Of a DNA stretch of 64,000 nt, positions 41,250 through 53,751 are shown piece by piece (the first letter of the stretch is position 1; each line of letters starts with the position of its first letter). The notes under the pieces were generated by a model, which worked only from the letters and a program-made list of their open reading frames with translations, had not been told where the DNA came from and made no database searches. The stretch is taken from contig CAWEHK010000041.1 in NCBI GenBank assembly GCA_963808625.1, forward strand, positions 1 to 64,000, read 5' to 3'. The position numbers and the translations under genes were made by a program. Source of the stretch: an uncultured delta proteobacterium. Lineage in GTDB: Bacteria > Desulfobacterota > Syntrophobacteria > Syntrophobacterales > Syntrophobacteraceae.

Positions 41250-41941
41250 ATGTCTGAATTAGATGATCTGATGGGGCAGATCAGCGGCCGGTTTCCGATT
41301 GAGACCGTTCCCCTCAGGATCGGTGACCATGTCCTGCAGATTATTCAGCTTAAGGATTATGAGGAGTACATCCTTGATCGGATTGAAGCCGAGGATCCGG
41401 ATGTTACTGCGGCACCCTTCTGGGCGAAACTATGGGAGGCGGGTTTGCTTCTGGCGACTTTTCTTGGAAAACAACCGGTCAATGCGGCTTGTCATATGCT
41501 GGAGATTGGCGCCGGAATTGGAATCGTCGGTATCTATGCAGCTCTTGTGCGGGCACCGGATCACGATTACGGACATCAATGAAGATGCCCTCCTGTTTGC
41601 CAGGGCCAATGCGCTCCTTAACGGGTTGACCGAGGCTGGAGGTTCGCAAGCTTGACTGGAGCGATCCCGGTGAGACGCGTCGGTACGATGTCATTGTTGG
41701 TTCGGAAGTCGTTTACGACCGCCGATCCTATCCTCTCCTGGTGGATTTCCTGCGGAGAACACTGACGCCAAACGGCGTCATCTTTCTGGCGAAAAATGCT
41801 GATTTGCCTGCTCCGACATTTTTTGTGGAGCTGACCAAGCATTTCAAATTCAAGAACACATCGCAGACCCTTCGGAGGGATGGAGAGACGCAGCAGATTG
41901 AGCTCTTCGCCGTCCGCCACAAGCACCCGGTTGATGGTTAG
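41250..41941 (+). CDS. SAM-dependent methyltransferase (lysine methyltransferase-like); frameshifted
   Basis: PFWAKLWEAG, LEIGAGIG, TITDIN, DW...YDVIVGSEVVY across frames. Confidence 0.8.
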
Positions 41942-41948
41942 GAATCCC

Positions 41949-42682
41949 ATGACATCTTCCTATCCTTTGTCGATTCCCAGCCCGGATGGGCCGATCCCTG
42001 CCGTGGTCCATTTGCCGGAGCGGACTCCGGCGCCGGTCGTGGTGTGCTGTCACGGACTGCTCAGTTACAAAGACAGTGCAAAGTTCGTGGCCATCGGTGA
42101 GCAGTTCGGCAGTGCGGGCATGGCCGTTGTGCGTTTTGATTTTTCCGGCTGTGGCGAATCGCAAATCATCCAAAGAGAGAGCCTGCTGTTCTCCAGGATG
42201 CGCGACCTCGGTTGCGTGCTGGACTATGTGCAGCGGCAATCCTGGGCCGATGGGACCGTCGGGCTCCTCGGGTCCAGCCTCGGCGGATACCTGTCACTGC
42301 TGGCGGCATCTCGGGCGAGCATCGACATTCAGGCCGTAGTCTGCTGGGCAACCCCGTTTGATTTGTCCCGGATAAAGCTGGCGCTTGCGAATCGGAGGAA
42401 CTGAAGCGAGTTGTTCCACCGGGATTGCCACTGGGAAGTCCGGAAAATCTGACAGATCTTCGCATCGCTTTCCAACGTCCTGGTCATTCACGGACAGCAG
42501 GACGAAACGGTTCCTGGCATGATGCTGTTGCCATCTATCGTCAAGTCGGTGAGCCAAAACGATTGCTGCTCATGAAAACAGCAGATCACCGCTTGCTCGA
42601 TCCGCATTGGCGGGCAATGGCCATGAGGGTGAGTTTGGAATGGTTTCAGGAACGTGGGCTAAGCGTAAGAGCTAACACGTAA
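41949..42682 (+). CDS. Alpha/beta hydrolase; frameshifted
   Basis: VCCHG, RFDFSGCGES, nucleophile GSSLGG, IHGQQDETV, ADH. Confidence 0.85.
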
Positions 42683-42755
42683 TAGATTGGTAAAAGCTTG
42701 ATCTTTTTTGTCGGCAATCTAACCAGGGTGGAGAATAGATTCCCGATACCAGGCG

Positions 42756-43016
42756 CTAAAACAGTTTGTCTAACGCGGCAATAATGGCGATGGACGCAGC
42801 CATCATGGCGCCCAACTTGATGGTGAGCTTGTATTCCAGTTCATTCAAATGGCTGTCCAGACGCTGTTCCATTTCCGAGAGATCGCGTTTGGTGGTAAGC
42901 TCTTCGTTGATCAGCCCTGCAATGGTTTCGGCCTGGACGGCGGCCTGCTCCTCGGTGAAGCCCACCGCCCGTAATTTCTTGATATAGAGATAGGTGTCAA
43001 AAACAATCGTAGCCAT
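42756..43016 (-). CDS. DUF1640/CCDC90-like coiled-coil membrane protein
   Basis: FDT....KL...GFTEEQA...TKRDL...LTIKLG followed by a hydrophobic tail. Confidence 0.85.
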   Translation of the reverse strand: MATIVFDTYLYIKKLRAVGFTEEQAAVQAETIAGLINEELTTKRDLSEMEQRLDSHLNELEYKLTIKLGAMMAASIAIIAALDKLF

Positions 43017-43112
43017 CAATCATCCTTTCACTGTTAGAAACATAAGGGATGGCAGGGCTGGGAGTCAAGTCCATCTGACGTTGGTTGGTGCTTTAGCAAA
43101 GGAAATCAAGCA

Positions 43113-43751
43113 GTGTTGACGGAAGCAGTCTCGAACTTTGCGATAAAATGCCTGGATCAGACCGGGTACTTCGGCGCCGGGTTGCTCATGGCCCTCGAGA
43201 GCATGATTGCTCCGATCCCGAGCGAAGCGGTCATGCCATTTGTCGGGTTCCTGGTGGCGGACGGCAGTTGGAATCTCTGGTTGGCGATAGGGGTCACCAG
43301 TCTCGGTTCCATTATTGGATCGCTCATTTCCTATTACCTGGGGTATTACGGCGGTAAGCCTCTGGTGTTGAGGGTCGGCAGGTACCTGCTTTTGAACCCT
43401 CACGACCTTGTCATCACCGAGAAATTTTTTCACCGACGCGGGGGACTTCTCACCGTTTTCATCAGCCGTTTCGTTCCCGTTGTCAGGCACCTCATCTCCA
43501 TACCTGCCGGTATCGGCCGCATGCCGCTTGTCCCCTTTCTGGCTGTCACCCTCGTTGGTGCGACCATGTGGAATACCTTCCTCTTGCTCTGCGGTATGAA
43601 GCTTCGCGAACATTGGCCGGTGGTCCAAACCTACTCGCACCAGATCGATCTCGTGGTGGGGGTCATCCTCCTGGGGGGCCTGGCGTGGTTCCTCAAATCG
43701 CGTTTTTCAACGACCCAGGTCAAGGAAGAAAAAATAGAGAGCGAGCTGTAG
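43113..43751 (+). CDS. DedA family membrane protein
   Basis: LES..APIPSEAVMPFVG, RFVPVVRHLISIPAG. Confidence 0.93.
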   Translation: MLTEAVSNFAIKCLDQTGYFGAGLLMALESMIAPIPSEAVMPFVGFLVADGSWNLWLAIGVTSLGSIIGSLISYYLGYYGGKPLVLRVGRYLLLNPHDLVITEKFFHRRGGLLTVFISRFVPVVRHLISIPAGIGRMPLVPFLAVTLVGATMWNTFLLLCGMKLREHWPVVQTYSHQIDLVVGVILLGGLAWFLKSRFSTTQVKEEKIESEL

Positions 43752-43875
43752 GCGTCTTGGAAACGCAGTGTTTACCGGTAATCAGCAAAATACCGGCAGG
43801 GGGGTCTCAAAGCGAGAAGCGGAGGAGGGAATGAGAGGCAGGGGAGGGCACGGCGAACCGTGCCCTCGAATTACC

Positions 43876-44286
43876 CTATGTTCTTTCCGAGATTTCGACC
43901 AGCACGCCAAAGGTGGACTTCGGGTGGAGGAAGGCAATCTTGGCTCCGCCCGCGCCCATGCGCGGCTTCTCGTCAATCAGAGCAACGCCCTTGGCCTTCA
44001 GTTCGGCCAGAGCTTCTTCAATGTTTTCTACACGAAAGGCAATGTGCTGAACCCCGCCTCGACCGCCATTCTTTTCGATAAATTTGGCAATGGGGCCATC
44101 CGGCGCGGTTGATTCCAACAATTCTACTTCGGTGTCGCCCACCGGAAAGAAGGCTGTGGTGACCTTTTGTTCCGCTACCGTTTCACTACCGGCGTGGGGC
44201 AGGCCCAGGATGTCGCTGTAGAGTTTCTTGGCATCATCGACGCTGGCGACGGCGATGCCGATGTGATCCACTTTTAAAACCTTCAT
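43876..44286 (-). CDS. mce: Methylmalonyl-CoA epimerase
   Basis: VDHIGIAV, EQKV, ELLE, HIAFRV, AFLHPKSTFGVLVE. Confidence 0.95.
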   Translation of the reverse strand: MKVLKVDHIGIAVASVDDAKKLYSDILGLPHAGSETVAEQKVTTAFFPVGDTEVELLESTAPDGPIAKFIEKNGGRGGVQHIAFRVENIEEALAELKAKGVALIDEKPRMGAGGAKIAFLHPKSTFGVLVEISERT

Positions 44287-44298
44287 TGTGCCCTCCTG

Positions 44299-45273
44299 CT
44301 ACCTTTTCGAAATTGAAAGCCAATTCTTGACGATCTGACGCATGATGGTGTAGGGGTCTTGTTTGTGATCCAAAATGTCCTCTACGAGATGATCAAGCTG
44401 TCCGGTGCTGTCGAGTTGCTCGCGCACGACTCGGAAAAGCTCATTGTGGATCATCCGGAGCGTTTCCCGATAAGTGCGGTCGCGGCGTTTTTCCAAGAGT
44501 TTACCGCTGTCTTTCAAGTGGTTGCGATGCTGCTCGATTGCCTTCCACAGGTCATCCACGCCTTCATTGTTAACCGCGACCGTCTTGACGATGGGTGGAG
44601 TCCAATCGGTTGGCTTAATGTGGCTATCCTGCTCGACCCGGTAGCAAACCTCGGCCCACAATTGATCGGCCCCGGCCCGGTCCGCTTTGTTGATAACAAA
44701 GACATCGGCAATTTCCATGATCCCGGCCTTCATGCTCTGGATCGCATCGCCGAGGCCCGGGACCAAAACCAGGCAAGTGGTATCGGCGATGCCGATAATG
44801 TCCACTTCATCCTGGCCCACACCGACCGTTTCAATAATGACCACATCTTTGCCAAACGCATCGAGGACTTTCACCACATCCCCAGTGGCTTTGGACGTAC
44901 CACCGAGAAAACCGCGGGTGGCCATACTCCTGATGTAGACGTCCGGGTCCAGGTTGTGTTCGCTCATGCGCACGCGGTCCCCCAAAATCGCCCCACCCGT
45001 GAAGGGACTGGAAGGGTCCACAGCGATAATGCCCACGGTCAGTCCCGCTTTTCGTATGTGGTGGGTCAATCTGTCGGTAAGCGTGCTTTTTCCTGCTCCC
45101 GGTGAACCCGTAATACCGATGATGTAGGCGTTGCCGGTGTGGCGATAGAGTTTCACCATGCACTGGTATGCCCTCTCGTCTTCATCTTCCAGCCAGGTGA
45201 TCAACCGCGCAACCGCCGTGGTTGATCCTCCAAGGATCTCCGCGGCGTAATCCTTCGGCATTGCATTGTGCAC
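44299..45273 (-). CDS. meaB: Methylmalonyl-CoA mutase-associated GTPase MeaB
   Basis: GITGSPGAGKST, AVDPSSPFTGGAILGDRVRM, IETVGVGQ, NKAD. Confidence 0.95.
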   Translation of the reverse strand: MHNAMPKDYAAEILGGSTTAVARLITWLEDEDERAYQCMVKLYRHTGNAYIIGITGSPGAGKSTLTDRLTHHIRKAGLTVGIIAVDPSSPFTGGAILGDRVRMSEHNLDPDVYIRSMATRGFLGGTSKATGDVVKVLDAFGKDVVIIETVGVGQDEVDIIGIADTTCLVLVPGLGDAIQSMKAGIMEIADVFVINKADRAGADQLWAEVCYRVEQDSHIKPTDWTPPIVKTVAVNNEGVDDLWKAIEQHRNHLKDSGKLLEKRRDRTYRETLRMIHNELFRVVREQLDSTGQLDHLVEDILDHKQDPYTIMRQIVKNWLSISKR

Positions 45274-45579
45274 TGCTTTCCCCTTCAATACCTTCGACTG
45301 GTTTGATTGTTTGTTGCGAGGCTTTTATAAGGATACGGTCGGCCAGCCCTCGCAGGATGACTTAACTCGCCCACCCGAGCTAATCGTCTTCCTTTTGCAG
45401 GAAGCATGAGAAAAGTGAGGGGTTAATTACAAGGCCCCGGCTCTTCCGTTGTCTGAGATTCTGAGAAGAGCAGGGCTGGCTCTGAGGATGATCGGGGAGC
45501 GCAACCCTTTGGGAGGTCCGTCTCCCCGATCCATCAATTACCAGTCCGTTTAGACTGTTGTCATCAAGAGCTCAGCCGT

Positions 45580-45981
45580 CTAGCCACGAGCCTTGACATT
45601 GCTCTGAATGAAATCCACGATTTCCGTAGTGGGAGTCCCTGGCCCAAAGATGCCAGTCACGCCGGCCTTCTTAAGACCTTCGTAATCCTCCACCGGAATG
45701 ATGCCACCGCCCACCAGTAAAACATCACTGAGCCCTTTGTCACGGAGTAATTCCGCCACTCTGGGGAAAAAGTAATTGTGCACACCGGAAAGGCTGCTCA
45801 TCCCGACCACGTCGGCGTCTTCCTGGATGGCCGTTTGAACAATCATCTCGGGGGTCTGGCGCAATCCGGTGTAGACCACCTCCATACCGGCTTCAGCAAA
45901 TATTCTTGCCAACAACTTGGCGCCACGGTCATGCCCATCGAGACCTGGTTTTGCTACTATGATTTTGATCTTCTTTGCCAT
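45580..45981 (-). CDS. Methylmalonyl-CoA mutase cobalamin-binding subunit
   Basis: [12 protein letters not shown] (DxHxxG), SSLSG, GGGIIP. Confidence 0.95.
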   Translation of the reverse strand: MAKKIKIIVAKPGLDGHDRGAKLLARIFAEAGMEVVYTGLRQTPEMIVQTAIQEDADVVGMSSLSGVHNYFFPRVAELLRDKGLSDVLLVGGGIIPVEDYEGLKKAGVTGIFGPGTPTTEIVDFIQSNVKARG

Positions 45982-46032
45982 GGAAAATTACCTCCGCTAA
46001 TCGAACAGTTCATGAACCTGAAGTCTGATCTT

Positions 46033-47712
46033 CTAGACAAATTCTTTGGGTCGATATTCGCCGAAAACGTCACGCCACACATTGCAGATCTCGCCGACTG
46101 TGGCTTTTGCCTTCACGGCTTCAATTACTGCGGGCATGACATTTTCGTTCGTCTTGGAGACTTCCCGCAACTTATCCAGAGCTGCCTTCCACTTGGCCTG
46201 ATCTCTTGATGCGCGAAATTTCTTCAGCTCTGCGGCCTTGACGTCTCCCACCGACATATCCACCTTAAGAAGACCTGTTGGAGGAGGTTCTTCCATGGTG
46301 TACTTGTTGATCCCGACATATACCCGTTCCCCGGACTCGATCTCTTTCTGGAACCGATAAGCACTGTTCTGGATCTCTTTCTGGATGTAGCCTTGCTCGA
46401 TGGCGACCAGGGTGCCGCCCATGGCATCGATCTTCTTGATATATTCATCGATTTCGGCTTCGATCTTATCGGTCATGGCCTCGACGTAGTAGCAGCCCGC
46501 CAGAGGATCGATGGTATCCGTGGCGCCGCTTTCTTCGGCCACGATCTGCTGGGTGCGCAGAGCCACCGTCACGGCTTGCTGAGTGGGCAGACAGAGAGCT
46601 TCGTCGTAGGAGTTGGTGTGGAGTGACTGACCCCCGCCCAACGCCGTGGCGTAGGTCTGCAGGCCCACGCGAACAACGTTGTTCAGCGGTTGCTGGGCGG
46701 TCAGGGTAACACCGCCGGTCTGAACATGGTAGCGCAGCATCATGGAGCGCGGGTCCTTTGCCTTGAAGCGATCTCTCATCACTTTGGCCCAATACCTGCG
46801 AGCGGCGCGGAACTTGGCAACCTCTTCCAGAACGTTGGTGAAAGCATTGAAGAAGAAGCTCAAGCGCGGACCAAAGGAGTCAACATCCATGCCTCGATCA
46901 ACGCATGCCTGAGCATAGGCGATCCCGTCAGCGAGCGTGAAAGCCATTTCCTGGGCTGCGGTGGAGCCTGATTCACGGATGTGGTAACCACTGATACTGA
47001 TGGTGTTCCACTTGGGGACATGCTTCTGGCAGAACTCGATCAAGTCGACCGTCAGCCGCATGGTGGGCTTGGGGGGATAGATGTACTGGCCACGGCAGAT
47101 GATTTCCTTCAGAACATCATTCTGTATGGTGCCGCTCACCTTGTCCCAGGTTACCCCCTGCTCTTCGGCCAAGGAAAGATACATGCCCAGAAGGACCGTG
47201 GCAGCAGCATTGATGGTCATGGAGGTGGAGACCTTGTCGAGCGGAATACCATCGAAAAGGACCTTCATATCTTCGATCGAGTCAATGGCAACGCCTACTT
47301 TTCCTACTTCACCCATGGAAAGCGGGTCGTCGCTGTCGTATCCGGCCTGAGTCGGAAGGTGGAAAGCGACGCTCAACCCGGTCTGCCCCTGTTTCAGCAA
47401 GTACCGATAGCGCTCATTGGTCTGCTTGGCGGTGCCAAATCCGGCGTATTGACGCATCGTCCAATAACGGCCGCGATACATAGTCGGCTGCACTCCACGG
47501 GTGTAGGGGAACGATCCGGGATAGCTGAGGTCCCGGTCATAATCCAAGCCCGTAACATCCAGAGGCGTATAGAGCCGCTCTACGGGCGCCCCCGAAATGG
47601 TGGTGAACTCTTTCTTCTGCTCGGGCGCCTTGGCGAGTGTTTTTGCAACAGGTCCCTGATCCCATTTTTCTTTTCCTGCTTTGATCTTTTCTAACACCTT
47701 CTCGTCAAACAT
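46033..47712 (-). CDS. Methylmalonyl-CoA mutase substrate-binding subunit
   Basis: PYTRG, WTMRQYAGF (Tyr typical of MCM rather than isobutyryl-CoA mutase), GTIQND, ISISGYHIRE, QSLHTNSYDEA. Confidence 0.95.
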   Translation of the reverse strand: MFDEKVLEKIKAGKEKWDQGPVAKTLAKAPEQKKEFTTISGAPVERLYTPLDVTGLDYDRDLSYPGSFPYTRGVQPTMYRGRYWTMRQYAGFGTAKQTNERYRYLLKQGQTGLSVAFHLPTQAGYDSDDPLSMGEVGKVGVAIDSIEDMKVLFDGIPLDKVSTSMTINAAATVLLGMYLSLAEEQGVTWDKVSGTIQNDVLKEIICRGQYIYPPKPTMRLTVDLIEFCQKHVPKWNTISISGYHIRESGSTAAQEMAFTLADGIAYAQACVDRGMDVDSFGPRLSFFFNAFTNVLEEVAKFRAARRYWAKVMRDRFKAKDPRSMMLRYHVQTGGVTLTAQQPLNNVVRVGLQTYATALGGGQSLHTNSYDEALCLPTQQAVTVALRTQQIVAEESGATDTIDPLAGCYYVEAMTDKIEAEIDEYIKKIDAMGGTLVAIEQGYIQKEIQNSAYRFQKEIESGERVYVGINKYTMEEPPPTGLLKVDMSVGDVKAAELKKFRASRDQAKWKAALDKLREVSKTNENVMPAVIEAVKAKATVGEICNVWRDVFGEYRPKEFV

Positions 47713-48193
47713 ACTTACCCTCCTCAACACGATTTCCACACGATACCGCCCCCCAGGTGTCCCCGGAGGACTCTGTTAAAAAAAGCACGAACTCACGTGT
47801 TCGAGCACTTGTGGATCACTTCCTCAATCCCCGCCAACGAGGTCTTTGGAAAGTGAGCCAGAGCGTGATGAATAAAAGGAGACGGGTTAATGATACGGTT
47901 CTGCCTGTGCGCTACCTCCATCAGTCAAAAGTCTATATGGATCCAGGGCCCTCACACAATATTTCACTAACATCTATAGCAGCAAGCATCGGAAGATGCA
48001 ACAGCAATTGATGCGCCATGGCAAAAATGGGAACACAAAATGAGGCCCGATGAGCAGGTCGCGAAGAAAAGGTTGGCGTTCTTTGTGGAAACGGGCTTGA
48101 CACCCGACGAAGGTGCATTTTATATGGAATACAGTTTTAGCAAATAGTTGATTCTGGGGCGGGCTGATCCTGATTTGAGGGAGGTTGCGAGTG

Positions 48194-48376
48194 ATGAGCG
48201 CTGGCTATGCTAGAACTGTGGAGAGTCCCTGTCGGACGTGCGAAAATGTGGATGCGAGCAAGGAGGAATGCAGCAGGAACTGCGACCGGCTGCGAGCATT
48301 TCAGGATGCCATTCTTCTCTGCGACGAGGCGAGTATTAAGAATTTTGCCATGAAGTGCAGCTTTTCCAGGAATTGA
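48194..48376 (+). CDS. Small Cys-rich hypothetical protein
   Basis: GAGGGAGG RBS; SPCRTC...C...C; TTGACA upstream near 48097; followed by a terminator. Confidence 0.65.
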   Translation: MSAGYARTVESPCRTCENVDASKEECSRNCDRLRAFQDAILLCDEASIKNFAMKCSFSRN

Positions 48377-48438
48377 AAGTCATTCCAAAGGCGAAATGCC
48401 TGGCAACACAAAGTCCCTTGAAGAGGCAAAATGCAAGG

Positions 48439-48473
48439 AACAAAAAAGGCGGCTCGAAGCCGCCTTTTTTGTT
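48439..48473. terminator. Bidirectional intrinsic terminator
   Basis: AACAAAAAAGGCGGC-TCGAA-GCCGCCTTTTTTGTT between convergent genes. Confidence 0.9.
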
Positions 48474-48494
48474 ACCTTGCCATGAACAGTGACC

Positions 48495-49448
<954 letters not shown>

Positions 49449-49487
49449 TCATCCACTCGAGCTTCAACAAATACTCACTCGCTTCAC

Positions 49488-51482
49488 TTAGCCAACGACC
49501 AGCAACACGGTACCCTTCTGTACGCTTTGACCAGCCTGGCACAGCAGATCTGTTTGATCACGCCATCCGCCGGACTGGTGAGGGAATTCTCCATCTTCAT
49601 GGCTTCGAGCACCATGACGACATCGCCGGCCTTGACCGTATCGCCTTCTTTCACTTCATAGCGAATGACCATGCCCGGCATGGGGGATTCCATCTTGGTG
49701 CCGCCGGCAACCGGAGCGGCAGGCGCCGCGGCCGGAGCGGCAGCCGCGGCCGGCTTCGGCGCCGGGGCTGCGGCCGGTTTCGGAGCTGCGGCGACGGGCT
49801 GGGCAACCGGGGTGATCGAGGTGATCACCGGAGCGGCGCCGCCAACCTGCTCCACATCAACCTCAAAGAAGTCACCGTCAACAAAGACATTGAAGGTGCG
49901 CACCCCATCACCCTTTTCGGGGACGACCTTTTCGGGCTTCTCGACGAGCTTGCCGGCGAGGGCCTTCTTGACCAACTCGGCCTCACGCTCGCAGTCTTCG
50001 AGGGTCTTGCCCTTGATTTCCGGTGGCATCGGCTCAACGCCATACTTCCACTTCAGGTAGCGCATGCCGGTCATGGGGTACATGCCGTAGATGATGACAT
50101 CGTCGATGTCCTTGGCCAAGCCCTTGGTATCTTCCCAATTCTTCGGCATTTCGGTCTGGGATGATCTCACCGGGGCGGCACGTGATGGGAACTTCGCCCT
50201 TGGGATAGCCCTTGAGCGCCTTCTTCTGAATTTCGGGATCGAGAGGCACAGGGGTTTCACCATAGAGCCCGTAGAAAAGGTCTTTGGACTGGGCCGAAAT
50301 CATCTTGTAGCGCTCTTCGGGAGTATCGAAGAGCACGTTGTTGACGGCCTGGATGCCAACGATCTGACTGGTTGGCGTGACCAGGGGTACCTGGCCCATC
50401 TCTTTTCGAACCTGAGGCAGGGCTTCGAACACGTCGTTCAGGCGGTCGGAAGCGCCCATTTCGCGCAGCTGATTGATCAGGTTGGAGAGCATGCCGCCCG
50501 GCGTCTGGTGCAGCAGCACGTTGATGTCGATGGTCGACATCCGGTCATCCAGGAGATAACGATACTTGGGGGAGACCTTCTCGAACCAGGCGCCGCACTC
50601 GGCGAGCTTAAGGAGATCAAACCCGGTGTCGCGGTTGGTGTGTCGCAACGAGACAACCAGCGGCTCGATGGCTGGATGGGAGCTGCGGTAAGCCCAAGGC
50701 GCCAGGCAGGTGTCGATGATGTCCACACCCGCTTCCACGGCCTTCAGCAGGGCCAGGTCCGCCATGCCTGAAGTGAAGTGGCTGTGCAGATGAATCGGGA
50801 TCTTCACCGCTGCTTTCAGAGCTTTGACCAGGTAATAAGCGTCGTAAGGAGCAACCAAACCGGCCATATCTTTGATACAAATGGTGTCGGCGCCCATGTC
50901 TTCGAGCTGCTTGGCCTTCTGCACATAGTAGTCCAGGTTGTAAACCGGCCCGCCCATGCGGCGCAGGGTCAAGGAGTAGCAGATGACTCCCTGGAAGTGC
51001 TTGCCGAGTTTCTTGATAGGCTTGATGACCGCTTCAAAGTTGCGGAAATCGTTGAGCGCATCAAAGGTCCGGAAAATCTCGATACCATTGATGGCAGCGC
51101 GCTCGGTGAAAGCCTCGGCAAAGTCGTCTGCGTAATTCCTATAGCCTACGCAATTCTGCCCGCGCAGCAGCATCAGCATCGGGGTTTTGGTCAGGATTTT
51201 CTTCAGTTCGCGGATCCGCACCCACGGGTCTTCACCAAGAAACCGATGCATGGTGTCAAAAGTTGCCCCTCCCCAAGTCTCCATCGCCCAGTAACCCACC
51301 TCGTTCATTTTGTCGGCGATGGGCAGCAAATCCTCGGTTCGGCCGCGGGTGGCGAAAAGCGATTGATGACCATCACGAAAGGTCAAGTCGCAGATTTTGA
51401 TCGGGTTGTCCACTGCAGGGGCTGGATCATCAACGAGCTTTGCAATCAGTGATGTGCCATGAAGGTATTCGTTGTTTCCCAT
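49488..51482 (-). CDS. Pyruvate/oxaloacetate carboxyltransferase fused to biotinyl domain (PycB/OadA/transcarboxylase 5S-like); frameshifts near 50150 and 49535
   Basis: RDGHQSL, WGGATFD, IKDMAG, HLHSH, PGGMLSN, LVTPTSQIVG; Ala/Pro linker; EAMKM biotin site. Confidence 0.92.
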
Positions 51483-51719
51483 CCTTAATTCTCCTCTTTT
51501 CCGTTTTTTTCGTCCGCGAGATTCCACTCAACTCACCCCAGCTCAGCACCAGATTCCGTATTCCTCGGAAAGGGCTATTAGATCCTGAATGTTTCGTTTC
51601 TCTTCAGGTTGTTACAGCCAGGACTTGATACTCCAACTTAGGGCCACTTGCTCTCTGTTTCCTCTGTTGCCATGCACTATCAGCGCAACGTGATTGCGAA
51701 ACAAACCTCAATCAAAAGC

Positions 51720-51926
51720 CTAGCGCACCAAACGCATCTGCCACATCCACCTCGCTTCCATGGCAGCTTGCCGCCCGGCCATGGAGTAGGCAATATACGG
51801 CTGACGGGGTTTTTCCGCAAGTGCTTTTTGTTGCATGGCCAGTAACGCTGCTGCTTCCTGTTCCGTTTGAATATAAAGACCTAACGCTGATGCAATTGCC
51901 GCAACCACATTCTTCTGTAATTCCAT
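51720..51926 (-). CDS. Small carboxylase accessory-like protein (epsilon/OadG-tail-like)
   Basis: AGGAGG RBS; VVAAIASAL...AGRQAAM; lies upstream of the carboxylase. Confidence 0.6.
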   Translation of the reverse strand: MELQKNVVAAIASALGLYIQTEQEAAALLAMQQKALAEKPRQPYIAYSMAGRQAAMEARWMWQMRLVR

Positions 51927-51974
51927 TAAACCCTCCTGATAAAGTTCAGCCTGTTTCCGCTCACCACTCCTCTT

Positions 51975-52531
51975 TCAGAGTCCCAATTCATCGCTGATGG
52001 AAGCCATGGCTTTGATACTCAGCTCGATGAATTCCATCAGCGGTATGTTAATCCGTTCGCAGAGGGCAACATGATCCCGATTCACACTGCGAGCGAAGTC
52101 CTTGCTTTTCATTCGTTTCCTGACCGAACCCGGATTCAGGCTCCTAACCTGTTTGTCCGGATGGACCAGAGCCGCCGCAACAATGAGTCCCGTGATTGTC
52201 TCGGCGCAGGTCAGAGCGTAGTCGAAAACGGTCTCCCGCTCCAAGCCAAGCGCTTCGGCGTTATGCCGCAAGACGGCGTTTCAGCGCTTCTTCGGGGAGG
52301 CCGTAAGGCGCCAGGAGTCTCGACCGTCTTCCGCCCATGGACCTCGGGGTGCTCCTTCGTGTCTTCAAAATCAAGATCATGCAGCAATCCGATCGTGCCC
52401 CACAATTCACGGTCCTGCTCCAATCTTGCGGCCAGTTCAAGCATAATGGCTTCGGTCGCAAGACAATGCTTTTTAAGGTTGTCGGCCTTAACATGGGAAC
52501 CCAACAGCTGCAGAGCCTCATCCCGAGTCAT
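51975..52531 (-). CDS. HD-domain (HDIG) phosphohydrolase; frameshifted
   Basis: TRDEAL...KHC...GLLHDLDFE...HG; TGLIVAAALV...KDFARSVNR. Confidence 0.85.
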
Positions 52532-52569
52532 TGGACTCCCCTCAAAAAGGCGATCATCCCGCATCCCAC

Positions 52570-52902
52570 TCAGGCAGCCCGCCTCGTTCGCTTTTTCAAA
52601 TTGCTGATCCGCCGTCTGAAGGCATCGGCAAGTTGATTGTTGCCCGCTTCCTTGGCACGCTCCCGCTTCTCCTTGAGCGTTGTAATCTTCGCCTTAAGGG
52701 CTCGCACATCGATCTCTGTTTTGGTCGCCTTCTTGTCCTCAACGATGCCCTTGGCCTCTTTGACCGCGGCAATCAGCTCATTCTTGTTCATGGCATGGAC
52801 GCCAACAATACCCTCCAGGGTCAGAGCCAATTCGCGGAGCTCCTTGGCGGTCATCTTCTCCAGAGGTTTTTCTTTCTTTTCCTTCTCTTTCTTCTTACCC
52901 AT
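52570..52902 (-). CDS. Small basic protein with Rho N-terminal-like motif
   Basis: [13 protein letters not shown]...[10 protein letters not shown]. Confidence 0.8.
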   Translation of the reverse strand: MGKKKEKEKKEKPLEKMTAKELRELALTLEGIVGVHAMNKNELIAAVKEAKGIVEDKKATKTEIDVRALKAKITTLKEKRERAKEAGNNQLADAFRRRISNLKKRTRRAA

Positions 52903-53695
52903 CTATCTGCTCCTTGGGCTGCCCCTTTGCCTTGCTGCTCTCATACAGCTCCGCCATAGAAATGAATGGTTTAAAGAGATCGATAGGAATCGGGAAGATG
53001 GTGGTGGAATTGTTTTCCGAAGCGATCTCTCGCAACGTTTGAAGATAACGCAATTGGATGGCGATGGGCTGTTGCTGCATAATCTCCGCTGCCTCCGCCA
53101 AGCGCGACGCTGCCTGAAACTCCCCTTCGGCGCCGATCACCTTCGCCCGTCGTTCTCTTTCCGCTTCGGCCTGCTTGGCCATGGCCCGCTGCATTTCTAT
53201 GGGCAGGTCGATCTGCTTGACTTCAACCACGGTGACCTTGATTCCCCATGGCTCGGTGTGACTGTCAAGGATCTCCTGAATGTGAGCGTTGATTTTGTCA
53301 CGTTCCGCCAGGAGGTCATCCAACTCACCCTGGCCGCAAACGCTTCTGAGCGTAGTCTGGGCCAGTTGGCTGGTGGCATAGAGGTAGTTCTCGACCGAAA
53401 CGATCGCCTTTACCGGGTCAATCACCCGGAAATAAATCACCGCACTGACTTTTACCGAAACATTGTCGCGCGTGATGACATCCTGCGGCGGCACGTCCGT
53501 GGCTATCAGTCGGAGACTAACCCTCTGCAAACGGTCAATGTAGGGAATGAGGATGATCAGGCCCGGCCCCTTGGCGCGGATCACCCGCCCAAGCCGGAAG
53601 ATCACGCCCCGCTCGTATTCATTGAGAATACGGATGGCGTTGGCCAGAAAAAGGACCACCAGAATGACTATCGCTGCGATCCCATAAATTGGCAT
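52895..53695 (-). CDS. SPFH/stomatin-like (slipin) protein
   Basis: [48 protein letters not shown]. Confidence 0.95.
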   Translation of the reverse strand: MPIYGIAAIVILVVLFLANAIRILNEYERGVIFRLGRVIRAKGPGLIILIPYIDRLQRVSLRLIATDVPPQDVITRDNVSVKVSAVIYFRVIDPVKAIVSVENYLYATSQLAQTTLRSVCGQGELDDLLAERDKINAHIQEILDSHTEPWGIKVTVVEVKQIDLPIEMQRAMAKQAEAERERRAKVIGAEGEFQAASRLAEAAEIMQQQPIAIQLRYLQTLREIASENNSTTIFPIPIDLFKPFISMAELYESSKAKGQPKEQIDG

Positions 53696-53751
53696 ATCTT
53701 CCTCCCGCTTATGCAGCCTTCTCTACCGGAGGCTGCAAATGAAATAATTCA

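Noticed and set aside
45300..47990. Cobalamin riboswitch near the mutase genes
   Set aside because: Hairpins exist at ~45430-45530, but no convincing B12-box or core motifs were seen; an Rfam scan would be decisive.
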